Source of the DNA: a virus
Taxonomy: Duplodnaviria; Caudoviricetes
Virus record (IMG/VR): IMGVR_UViG_3300028797_000169
Location: 1,286 to 65,285 of that record
Reading direction: 5' to 3' (one strand)
Length of the DNA stretch: 64,000 bases
Positions within the stretch are counted from its first letter, which is position 1; the number at the start of each line of letters is the position of its first letter. Positions 8,126 to 16,125 of the stretch are shown here, piece by piece. The notes under the pieces were generated by a model. That model was not told the origin of the DNA and searched no databases. It saw only the letters and a list, made by a program, of their open reading frames with translations. The position numbers and the translations under genes were made by a program.

Positions 8126-8416
8126 ATGGCAAAGGTAGAGAAGAACTGGTACAGTTGGACAGTTTCAAGTAGGATGTGGCGTATGTTGCGTCCAATGATT
8201 AAGATTATTCAGGACGAGGCGTATGGTGTGGACGAGTTTGATTATTCCATTTCAGACTGTTACGCCAAGAAGTGTTTGTCCATGTGGCTTACGCACACTC
8301 AGTATATCAAGATGGATATCGCCTTGAGGGCTATGGCAGATGAACTTGAGGCTTTTGAGGAAGAAGTGGTTGAGAACACAATGGACATAGTAGAACAGAA
8401 CAGGCAAGGCATTTGA
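8126..8416 (+). CDS. Early hypothetical protein
   Basis: 96 aa, RBS GAGG. Confidence 0.7.
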   Translation: MAKVEKNWYSWTVSSRMWRMLRPMIKIIQDEAYGVDEFDYSISDCYAKKCLSMWLTHTQYIKMDIALRAMADELEAFEEEVVENTMDIVEQNRQGI

Positions 8417-8443
8417 CCTATGTAGATGAAAGGAGTTGACAAT

Positions 8444-8884
8444 ATGGCAAATTTTTATGTTACGGAATATGAGAGATATAAGGAATGGCACCCTGCAGAA
8501 GGTGGGTGTATCTTAAACGGTAGAAAGGTTATTAAGTCTTATGAAGAGGCAGACGCCTCAAGGGCTTTATCCAGACTTCTTTCTATCTTCTATTCCGCGT
8601 GTGATTGGTTTGGCGAGGGCACCAAATTTGAGAAAATGCATACTAAGGAAACGGAATGGGGATTTATTAAATCATATGATGATAAGGAAATAGGTGTTCA
8701 TATACTCCTAGTGTATGATAAGGTTAACCCTCTTTGTGCTAATCACGAAGAACAGGATGATGGTCCTATTCCAGAGGATTATTCCTCATTTGTATTAATC
8801 CATGATAACGGATTGGATTACCACTCAGAAATCTATCCAGAAACTAAAATAGGCATTCACGAACGTCCTGCAATCTATTGCTAA
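8444..8884 (+). CDS. Early hypothetical protein
   Basis: RBS AAGGAG, ATG 8444. Confidence 0.7.
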   Translation: MANFYVTEYERYKEWHPAEGGCILNGRKVIKSYEEADASRALSRLLSIFYSACDWFGEGTKFEKMHTKETEWGFIKSYDDKEIGVHILLVYDKVNPLCANHEEQDDGPIPEDYSSFVLIHDNGLDYHSEIYPETKIGIHERPAIYC

Positions 8885-8904
8885 TAAGAAAGGAGATTAC
8901 AAAG

Positions 8905-9153
8905 ATGGACAAGGAGTTTACGGAAGTGGTAAAGGAATATTTTGAACGATTTCCTGAGGCCACAAACGAAAGTCCTACAAGTGTTACATTTAGTATATTG
9001 TTAGGATTGCCAATACAGGAATGTACTTATATGTCACCTGAGCCTGAATGGTCTGATGAACAATTAGATGAGTTTGATGGCGTTATGGAAGAAGTTATGG
9101 CTATTCAAAGGGGAAAATCGGATAGAAAAACTGGACAGAAAAAGTGCTTGTAA
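8905..9153 (+). CDS. Early hypothetical protein
   Basis: RBS AAGGAG, ATG 8905. Confidence 0.65.
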   Translation: MDKEFTEVVKEYFERFPEATNESPTSVTFSILLGLPIQECTYMSPEPEWSDEQLDEFDGVMEEVMAIQRGKSDRKTGQKKCL

Positions 9154-9226
9154 TCCCAAAAATCCTCGTGATATAATGTTTACAGTAAGATAGTGATGTG
9201 GCTATCCAAATCAAATCATTAGGAGG
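9148..9226 (+). promoter_or_regulatory. Sigma-A promoter with conserved early leader (copy 4)
   Basis: TTGTAA-18-TATAAT, GTTTACAGTA, hairpin GATAG/CTATC, AAATCAAATCA, AGGAGG. Confidence 0.85.
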
Positions 9227-9234
9227 TTATTATT

Positions 9235-9603
9235 ATGGCACGTAAAAAGATTAAGGTTCAGGTATATTACTCCATTAAGGATGAGTATGATACCTACGAT
9301 TTCACCGAAGAGGCATTTTTTCAGGCATTTGATATGTGGAGAATGGCTATTCACGACGAGGGTTTATCCCTAATCAACTTCATTAAAATGGGTGGGCGTA
9401 TAGGATTATTTACTTACCGCCACGGATTTTTTAACAGGGAGTTCGGTTCTTATCATCATCAGGTTATCGCACTGGAAAAGGAGTTTGAGAAGTTAGGGTA
9501 TGTACAGGATAAGGACAACCCGAAGGTCAAGAACTGCGTAGCAGACATAGAGTTGGAATATGGTGAGGCCGCTCTGTCGGGAAAATGGGATGATTTCAAA
9601 TAA
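9235..9603 (+). CDS. Early hypothetical protein
   Basis: 122 aa, first gene after the promoter. Confidence 0.75.
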   Translation: MARKKIKVQVYYSIKDEYDTYDFTEEAFFQAFDMWRMAIHDEGLSLINFIKMGGRIGLFTYRHGFFNREFGSYHHQVIALEKEFEKLGYVQDKDNPKVKNCVADIELEYGEAALSGKWDDFK

Positions 9604-9615
9604 GGAGATGGCAAT

Positions 9616-9798
9616 ATGAACCCAGAGAACAAGACCATGACTTATGTAGATGAGGAACTTCGTTGTGAGTTTTTGGGCATAAGGAGCACGTTAGAGAGGT
9701 ATGGAGAAGTTCTCTTAACAATCTTCTCTTCCGCAGAACTTAAAAAGGCATACGGACCGGTATTTGAGGTTTGGTTCGCAAATAGAAAGGAGATTTAG
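9616..9798 (+). CDS. Early hypothetical protein
   Basis: 60 aa, RBS AAGGAG. Confidence 0.6.
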   Translation: MNPENKTMTYVDEELRCEFLGIRSTLERYGEVLLTIFSSAELKKAYGPVFEVWFANRKEI

Positions 9799-9802
9799 GA
9801 TT

Positions 9803-10237
9803 ATGGCAAAGGTAAAAAATTATAAGGTTATTGAGCGCACAGGTACGGAGCATACTATTATTGATAGAGGAACTGCCTTTCAGCCAATTGTAGTTTGTTG
9901 GTTATTGGATGAGGAAACAATGACCTGGGTACAGGGACATTATTTTCAGGAGTTAGATGACGCAAAGGATTGGCTTGCTTATTGGTATAAGGATGAGGAG
10001 CCGGAGTTAAGGGTTTATGCCAAGTTATTTAGGGTAAAGACTTTGGATGAGGAGAATTATGATGGCTCTAAGGTCAAGTATCGCTGGTATAAGCAGTATC
10101 ATACTAACCGTTTTGGAACTTGGGTAAGACATATATTTACCTATGACAGCACACAAACCAAGGATGAAGGTTATTGGGACTGGTCAACGGACAATGTCCA
10201 TGAGGCACAAGATTGGTTTTCCAATTACGGAAAATAA
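9803..10237 (+). CDS. Early hypothetical protein (Trp/Tyr-rich)
   Basis: RBS AAGGAG, ATG 9803. Confidence 0.7.
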   Translation: MAKVKNYKVIERTGTEHTIIDRGTAFQPIVVCWLLDEETMTWVQGHYFQELDDAKDWLAYWYKDEEPELRVYAKLFRVKTLDEENYDGSKVKYRWYKQYHTNRFGTWVRHIFTYDSTQTKDEGYWDWSTDNVHEAQDWFSNYGK

Positions 10238-10270
10238 CCTGAAAAATAGTTTTCCCAAAGGATAGAATAC

Positions 10271-10301
10271 GGGACTTCCCCTCGCGGAGGTCCCCTTTTT
10301 T
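10271..10301 (+). terminator. Rho-independent terminator ending the early region
   Basis: GGGACTTCC / GGAGGTCCC followed by T6. Confidence 0.85.
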
Positions 10302-10313
10302 ATGCTCCAATTG

Positions 10314-10376
10314 TTTACAAAAAGTTTACAAATCTTTCACAAAAAGTTCGCTGGCTTTTCACATTTTGTTCACATT
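10314..10376 (+). repeat. 11-bp-period direct repeats TT(T/C)ACA
   Basis: TTTACAAA at 10314 and 10325, TTCACAAA at 10336, TTCACATT at 10358 and 10369. Confidence 0.75.
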
Positions 10377-10382
10377 CCTTAT

Positions 10383-10496
10383 ATCATATTCATTGTTTTT
10401 ATGTCACATTCATTAGATTATCGTACTAGCATACTAGTTAAATTTGACAATGAATGTGATATTTTCCCGCATAAAAAACAATAAATTTGATATGAT
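10383..10496. repeat. Large imperfect inverted repeat
   Basis: ATCATAT/ATATGAT, ATTGTTTTTATG (10392) / CATAAAAAACAAT (10470), TCACATTCATT (10404) / AATGAATGTGA (10449). Confidence 0.7.
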
Positions 10497-10778
10497 GTCA
10501 AAGAAATTTGACATTTCCGAAAGTCAAAAATCTGGGAAAATCACAAAAAATTCGAAAAGTCAATAGAAATTTGAGTTAAATTTGTAAGAATTTTTAGTGC
10601 CTTTTGTGCAACGTGTACACAAATAAGTGAATATTGTACTACATATTTGTGCAAATGTACTATTGTACTTCGCTGCAATGGCGCTATACTAGAATTACAA
10701 AGAGCGAAGAGCACAGCGCCAAATTAAAGAGTGCTACTAATAAATCAAATCTAACAAAGAAAAAAGGAGATTTTAATT

Positions 10779-11330
10779 ATGGCAAAGAATACAAAGAAAA
10801 CAGTAGAACTTCAGGGAACAAAGTCCGTACGTCCTAATGGGTCATACGCATATAAGTTAAACGACGTCGTCCTTGCCTGTATCAAAGAGGGGAAAAAGCA
10901 TACGACCGTATATCTTCCTAAGCGCATGGGACAGGACCTTGATAAACTTCAGGCCGACTTCGGGAAGACGCTCGGACAGTACATTAAAGAAAATCCGACG
11001 CATATTAAGAACCCCAAGGACGCATTTTTTGCAAAGATGGACGTCCCTGTAAATGTAAAGATTGAGACGCTCCTTGCAAAGTTGGAATCACTCGGGACTA
11101 AAGTTATCGCACGACAGGAAAAAGAAAAGTCCGAGAAGTCAAAAGCGAAGTCCGAAGCAAAGAACCCCACTCCAGCAAAGAGCGAAGGATCCAAAGCAAA
11201 GTCGGAGACTCCAGCAAGAACGTCCAGCGCATCTGATACAAGAGCGGAAATGTTGGCTCTCCAGCAGGCCGCTATCGAGAAGGTTCGTAAAGAGCACGAG
11301 GAGAAGGCCAGCGCGCCCGTCCAGTCATAA
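10779..11330 (+). CDS. Standalone orphan protein with a K/E/A/S-rich C-terminal half
   Basis: 183 aa; own putative promoter (TTGTAC-16-TATACT at 10663-10690), AAATCAAATC leader, AAGGAG and terminator. Confidence 0.75.
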   Translation: MAKNTKKTVELQGTKSVRPNGSYAYKLNDVVLACIKEGKKHTTVYLPKRMGQDLDKLQADFGKTLGQYIKENPTHIKNPKDAFFAKMDVPVNVKIETLLAKLESLGTKVIARQEKEKSEKSKAKSEAKNPTPAKSEGSKAKSETPARTSSASDTRAEMLALQQAAIEKVRKEHEEKASAPVQS

Positions 11331-11345
11331 ATTGAGATACTACAC

Positions 11346-11372
11346 ACGGGCTCCTTCGGGGGCTCGTTTTTT
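11346..11372 (+). terminator. Rho-independent terminator with UUCG loop
   Basis: ACGGGCTCC-TTCG-GGGGCTCGT followed by a T run. Confidence 0.9.
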
Positions 11373-11559
11373 AAAGGATTTCCAGAGCGAGTACGAAATT
11401 TGAACTGCGAGGTATGTAGATAAAGTACGGGCGCGGTTGTTTGTATATATACGCACATAAAGAATATACTAGATGTTGTTTGGGAATAAAGGGAGCCAAA
11501 AAATATCTTATAGGGCGTATTTGTACGCCAAGGAAAAAAGTAATTTTGGCTGTTACTTA

Positions 11560-11588
11560 TTGACAATATGTAAGGTAGTTGATATTCT
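11560..11588 (+). promoter_or_regulatory. Sigma-A promoter for the terS operon
   Basis: TTGACA-17-TATTCT with TG extension. Confidence 0.65.
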
Positions 11589-11724
11589 TATGTTAGAGAT
11601 TAAGAGATACGGTGACAGATACGGGGGTCTCTGAAATGGTCCTGAGGACGAGTAGGAACGACGGGAGTAGGCGACAAATCACTTAATTTCTAAGACTTTT
11701 AACAACCCGGAGGTATTTTAATTT

Positions 11725-12045
11725 ATGCCGTCTGGAGCACAATCTAAGACTATAAGAACGTTGCAGAGAGCGTTGGAACTCGAAGGTGAGTTGATACTTA
11801 TCTCCACAAGTCAGTTTTATAGTATAGATAAACATAAGGTCATTACTAGGTACCATGTTAAGAAACAGGTGCAGAGTGATGAAAACAGGAATAAGTCTAC
11901 GCAACTGGAATTGTTCAGTTCGTGTAGTCAAATTCAAATTACCCTTTTTCTTAGGGATTATTATTATGAGTTAAAGGGTTATGAGGTTCCTACTGATAAT
12001 GAAGTATGGAATCAAATCAAAGCAGAATACTTTAAGGATAAGTGA
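11725..12045 (+). CDS. Hypothetical protein upstream of terS
   Basis: 106 aa, RBS GGAGG; contains QLELF. Confidence 0.75.
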   Translation: MPSGAQSKTIRTLQRALELEGELILISTSQFYSIDKHKVITRYHVKKQVQSDENRNKSTQLELFSSCSQIQITLFLRDYYYELKGYEVPTDNEVWNQIKAEYFKDK

Positions 12046-12047
12046 TT

Positions 12048-12491
12048 ATGGCTAAAGGACGAGAAAAAGGCGCGGAAAATAAACTTTCTGCACAAGAGAT
12101 TAAGTTTGTGGCCGCCTACATTGAAACAGGTAAGACGGCTGAGGCAGTTCAAGCCGCTGGCTATAAAACCACTGCGCCAGGACCTTATGGGCGTAAACTT
12201 CTTGGTAAAGCAAAGATTAAAGAAGAAATGCGACTGCAACTCGGTGCTTTAAGGGACGAGTTTGTGGCTTCTAATTCAGAAATCATGGAGTTCTTTACTA
12301 AGGCTATGAGAGGCGAGATTAAAGACCAGTTCGGACTTGACGCAACACTGGCTGATAGAATGAAAGCGGCTGAGGCTCTTGCTAAACGTAGAATAGATAT
12401 GGAGAATATGCTGGAGAAGGCTAAAGACAATGAAGTTAAGGTCAAAGTATTCTTCGGTGATGAAGTTTCTAATGAGGAGCAGACAATGTGA
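12048..12491 (+). CDS. terS: Terminase small subunit
   Basis: LSAQEIKFVAAYIETGKTAEAVQAAGY...GRKLL HTH, then EIMEFFTKAMRGE...DRMKAAEALAKR. Confidence 0.88.
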   Translation: MAKGREKGAENKLSAQEIKFVAAYIETGKTAEAVQAAGYKTTAPGPYGRKLLGKAKIKEEMRLQLGALRDEFVASNSEIMEFFTKAMRGEIKDQFGLDATLADRMKAAEALAKRRIDMENMLEKAKDNEVKVKVFFGDEVSNEEQTM

Positions 12492-13279
12492 TTTTACTTA
12501 TACCTGAGGTTACTATACCTAATGGTTATGAATATATTACTGGAACTGTTAATGGCGCAGATACCGTTTTTATCGCAGATACGATAATTAGTGGGCTGTG
12601 CCTTTGTTCTTGCGAGGAAAATAGCACCTATGCGTGTATTCTTAATTTTTATGACTCCTCTAGTACGATTATTAGTACAGTTAATAAGAATATCACTCAA
12701 AATACGAACAAATTTGTGTTTGACCGTACTCAGGCTGACGTGGATTATGCTAAAAATCTTAAGGCTAGTGGTCGCGCCAGCGCAAATGAGGACTTAAAAG
12801 GCTGTTTAAATGTGTCTGATATTCAAAGAGTGCTGGACGCATTTACCAGTTTAGGTGTTTTGGACGCTGAAACATTGACTGTGGCCACTATTCCTGACTT
12901 TCCTGACTCGACTTTTTTCACTTCTTGGATAGAAAATCTTGAAATTATTAAGGAATGTGGCTATCAATTAGCGATAAGTCCCGTAATTCCTGCTAGGCCA
13001 CTCAATACTTGGCAGAAATGGAACGATTTAGAGAAGATTTTATGGGATAATTTTGACATCAGGACGTCAAGATTTGAATATTTTGGTCCTGAATTGACTA
13101 TAAGGGAGAATAATTTAGTCTATCCTTTCATTTATGCGTATCAAGGAACTCCATATGTAAGCACAGTAGAGCAATGGAGCAAGTGTCCGTTATCTGTTTT
13201 TGATGGTTATTCTATCATTCAGACTTTAGAGGACATAGAAAATATGTTAGGATATGAATATGTAGAGGAAGAACGTTAA
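12488..13279 (+). CDS. Minor tail / baseplate-associated protein
   Basis: FDRTQADVD...KGCLNVSDIQRV...WNDLEKIL motif, recalled from siphophage tail-tip genes. Confidence 0.55.
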   Translation: MILLIPEVTIPNGYEYITGTVNGADTVFIADTIISGLCLCSCEENSTYACILNFYDSSSTIISTVNKNITQNTNKFVFDRTQADVDYAKNLKASGRASANEDLKGCLNVSDIQRVLDAFTSLGVLDAETLTVATIPDFPDSTFFTSWIENLEIIKECGYQLAISPVIPARPLNTWQKWNDLEKILWDNFDIRTSRFEYFGPELTIRENNLVYPFIYAYQGTPYVSTVEQWSKCPLSVFDGYSIIQTLEDIENMLGYEYVEEER

Positions 13280-13294
13280 TAGGAGGACTATTAA

Positions 13295-13672
13295 ATGGCT
13301 ATTAAACAGATTGGCGAGTTAGATACTCTTACAAATATACCTGTTGGTGCCGCTGGCGTGGTGGTAGACAACGGCAATGACGCAAATCTGGTCCCTGTTG
13401 ACAAGTTAGTGGAAGGAATTTGTGAAACACAGGTTAATTCTCTTAATACCCGTGATAAATCTGTTAGTGGTGCTATTAATGAGTTATACGCCTTTGCTAC
13501 TAACGATATATGGGTAGGTACGCAAGCGCAGTATGACGCATTACAGGAGTATGACCGTAAGTTTTATTTAATCTCTAATGCTCCTGTACTTTTATGGATA
13601 GGCACTCAAAGCGAATATGACAATTTAAGTTCATATAGTCAGGATACTCTCTATGTAATCGTGGAGGGATGA
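13295..13672 (+). CDS. Tail fibre-associated protein with two WxGTQxxYDxL repeats
   Basis: WVGTQAQYDAL and WIGTQSEYDNL...DTLYVI. Confidence 0.6.
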   Translation: MAIKQIGELDTLTNIPVGAAGVVVDNGNDANLVPVDKLVEGICETQVNSLNTRDKSVSGAINELYAFATNDIWVGTQAQYDALQEYDRKFYLISNAPVLLWIGTQSEYDNLSSYSQDTLYVIVEG

Positions 13673-14613
13673 TTATGAAGATAATAGGTGCATATTTAGG
13701 AGACGGTTCTTCTAGGGTAAAAAGACTATACCGTGGAGAGGATATAATATATGATAATCAGGTAGAGCCTGAATTATATATTGCGTCTGTGTATGATAGA
13801 TATGGTATTGCTAATTGTGGGTATATTCCTGTATTAGACCAGGGTGAGTTGTACACCAACTATAAATATGAAATTGATTGTGTTATACCTGTCAGACCTT
13901 TAGGGTATGCTTCTTGCTTTATAGGCGGTTCTTGGAATATACGAAGTGAATACCCTTCTTATCCCGGAGATACGCCGAATGGTTTATTTATTTGTTCAAC
14001 AAGGTTTGATAGATATAATAGCAGTAAAGGCTATCTCACAGGGCTTGTTGTTTTAAACATAGGGTACGGCTCCAGTTGGACAGAATCCCGTATTTTTGGT
14101 CAAAATGATTTAACCGATTATTATGCTACCCGTAACGTATTTACTGTCGTTAATAGGAACTTTACTCCACCATCAGGTCCTTCTGGTGATGTAAAAAGAG
14201 GAACTAGTGGGGGATTTTTCTTACTAAATGCTATGGATTATAGAACGGCTAATACTCCTATGATTAATTCCGGATTAATAACTGATAACTGTACTAAGGT
14301 TTATCGTATAAGCATTTATGATGAGAATGACGACCTTATAATGAACTTCTTACCGAAGATAGTTAATAACCATAAAGGTATGCTTGAAACTCTTTCAAAT
14401 ACGTTTTATCCTTGTAGTGATGATAGTAAGTTTACTGTTGAGGCGGATACCCCGCTTGTAAGGCGTAGGAGCGTACCAAATAAATTTGATGGCAAGACAA
14501 AACTGTATTTTGGAACACAAGAAATACCAAAAATGCAGATACAAGATAAGTATTTTTGGAATAAATATAATTTTGATATTAATAAATTTGAAATAGTAGA
14601 GGAGGAGGAATAA
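13669..14613 (+). CDS. Putative receptor-binding / tail-tip protein
   Basis: N-terminal IGAYLG...VKRLYRG adaptor motif; beta-rich Y/N/G body; NHKGMLETLSNTFY motif. Confidence 0.5.
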   Translation: MIMKIIGAYLGDGSSRVKRLYRGEDIIYDNQVEPELYIASVYDRYGIANCGYIPVLDQGELYTNYKYEIDCVIPVRPLGYASCFIGGSWNIRSEYPSYPGDTPNGLFICSTRFDRYNSSKGYLTGLVVLNIGYGSSWTESRIFGQNDLTDYYATRNVFTVVNRNFTPPSGPSGDVKRGTSGGFFLLNAMDYRTANTPMINSGLITDNCTKVYRISIYDENDDLIMNFLPKIVNNHKGMLETLSNTFYPCSDDSKFTVEADTPLVRRRSVPNKFDGKTKLYFGTQEIPKMQIQDKYFWNKYNFDINKFEIVEEEE

Positions 14614-15239
14614 TGTTTAACAAGAAAACTTGGAAAGACCGTGAGTCGCAGTATCCAAGAAGAAGGCTTTTAACTCCTGTCGAGGAAGGTGACGCGGCTC
14701 TTTATACTGTTTCAAGAGCAGAAGGAACAGTAACAGAAGAAGGTGACGCATTTTCGGCAGAAAATATGAATGACCTTGAAACCCGTATTAAGTCGGAATG
14801 CGACTCCATAAGAAGTGCGCTTGCTACTCAACAGGCATCCATTGGAACCGTCGCAACGAGTGTAACCACTACTAACAACAGAGTTACTGCGCTGGCTAAT
14901 AGCACAAATAATGCCATTAATTCTTTAACCAGAGATATGCAAACTACTCAGGCTATGGTAAATGAAGGTTTTGGTAAAAGAGCAAAGAGTAAATTTATAA
15001 GTTTTACTAATTTTGCTATGAGTGGCGGCGTGACTGAAGGCCTTACAGTAGATTGTAGTGACGTTTTGGACTCTCGCGTTTGGGGGCTTACAGTAACTCC
15101 TGAAGGCGGTTCAAACTTGTTTGGAGCGATTTTAACAAACGCAACACCGAGTACTGCAACGTTTACCATTAAATGTATAACAGACCCGTCCTTTACAGGA
15201 ACAATAACAAGATTAGATGTATTAGTTTGGGGGTATTAA
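14613..15239 (+). CDS. Tail fibre-like protein
   Basis: WKDRESQYP...VSRAEGTVTEEGDAFSAENMNDLETRI N-terminus, coiled-coil stalk, beta C-terminal domain. Confidence 0.6.
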   Translation: MFNKKTWKDRESQYPRRRLLTPVEEGDAALYTVSRAEGTVTEEGDAFSAENMNDLETRIKSECDSIRSALATQQASIGTVATSVTTTNNRVTALANSTNNAINSLTRDMQTTQAMVNEGFGKRAKSKFISFTNFAMSGGVTEGLTVDCSDVLDSRVWGLTVTPEGGSNLFGAILTNATPSTATFTIKCITDPSFTGTITRLDVLVWGY

Positions 15240-15242
15240 TCC

Positions 15243-16040
15243 ATGAGAAACAAAATTGTAGAGTTGGCAAAGAGTTGTGTAGGAATTAAAGAGGGTGACA
15301 GTTCTCACAAGGAGATTATTGACGTTTATAATAGTCATAAGCCCGTTGCTAGAGGATACAGAATGACGTATAACGACCCTTGGTGCGCTACATTCATATC
15401 TTTTCTTGCAATTAGATTAGGTATAACTGACATTATTCCTACAGAATGTGGATGCGAAAGACAGATAGACTTGTTTAAGAAACTCGGTGAATGGATTGAA
15501 AATGACGCATACGTTCCTGAGGCCGGAGATATTATCTATTATGACTGGCAAGATAGCGGAAAAGGTGACAACAAGGGCTGGTCAGACCACGTAGGTATTG
15601 TAGAATACTGTGATGGTAAGAATATGAGAGTTATCGAGGGCAATAAGAATGACGCAGTAGGCTACCGTGTTATTGCCGTTGACGCAAGATACATAAGAGG
15701 ATTTGGTGTTCCTAAGTATAAGACAATATCTGTAACACCTTCACCCGAATTACCTTTACAATCAATGACTGCTAGAGAAGTCGCTAAGGAAGTCATTGAA
15801 GGAAAGTGGGGTAATGGAGATGATAGAAAGAGTAAACTCACAGCCGCAGGTTATAATTATGCCGAAGTTCAAACGTGGGTCAATTGCATCCTTAACGGCA
15901 CTACCGTAGATGAGATTGCTAAGGCTGTTATTAAAGGCAGATATGGAAATGGAGACGCAAGAAAGAAGGCACTTAAACGTTTGGGTTACGATTATCAGAT
16001 AATTCAAAACAGGGTAAATGCTATGTTGCGTGGTAATTAA
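15243..16040 (+). CDS. Endolysin: CHAP catalytic domain plus two CW_7 repeats
   Basis: PWCATF (Cys), DHVGIVE (His), VIEGN; AKEVIEGKWGNGDDRK and AKAVIKGRYGNGDARK. Confidence 0.9.
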   Translation: MRNKIVELAKSCVGIKEGDSSHKEIIDVYNSHKPVARGYRMTYNDPWCATFISFLAIRLGITDIIPTECGCERQIDLFKKLGEWIENDAYVPEAGDIIYYDWQDSGKGDNKGWSDHVGIVEYCDGKNMRVIEGNKNDAVGYRVIAVDARYIRGFGVPKYKTISVTPSPELPLQSMTAREVAKEVIEGKWGNGDDRKSKLTAAGYNYAEVQTWVNCILNGTTVDEIAKAVIKGRYGNGDARKKALKRLGYDYQIIQNRVNAMLRGN

Positions 16041-16125
16041 GACACTTGACTAACTTCTCCCATACACTTCTATCAAGGACCGTCCTCCGTCTGAGATAGA
16101 AGTGTTCTTAATAGAAAGGATAATT

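Noticed and set aside
10949-11566. 205-aa minus-strand ORF
   Set aside because: Antisense shadow of the 10779 gene, which has a promoter, RBS and terminator; no minus-strand expression signals
13669-14613. Diversity-generating retroelement target in the putative receptor-binding gene
   Set aside because: No reverse transcriptase and no template-repeat copy of its 3' end found in the window
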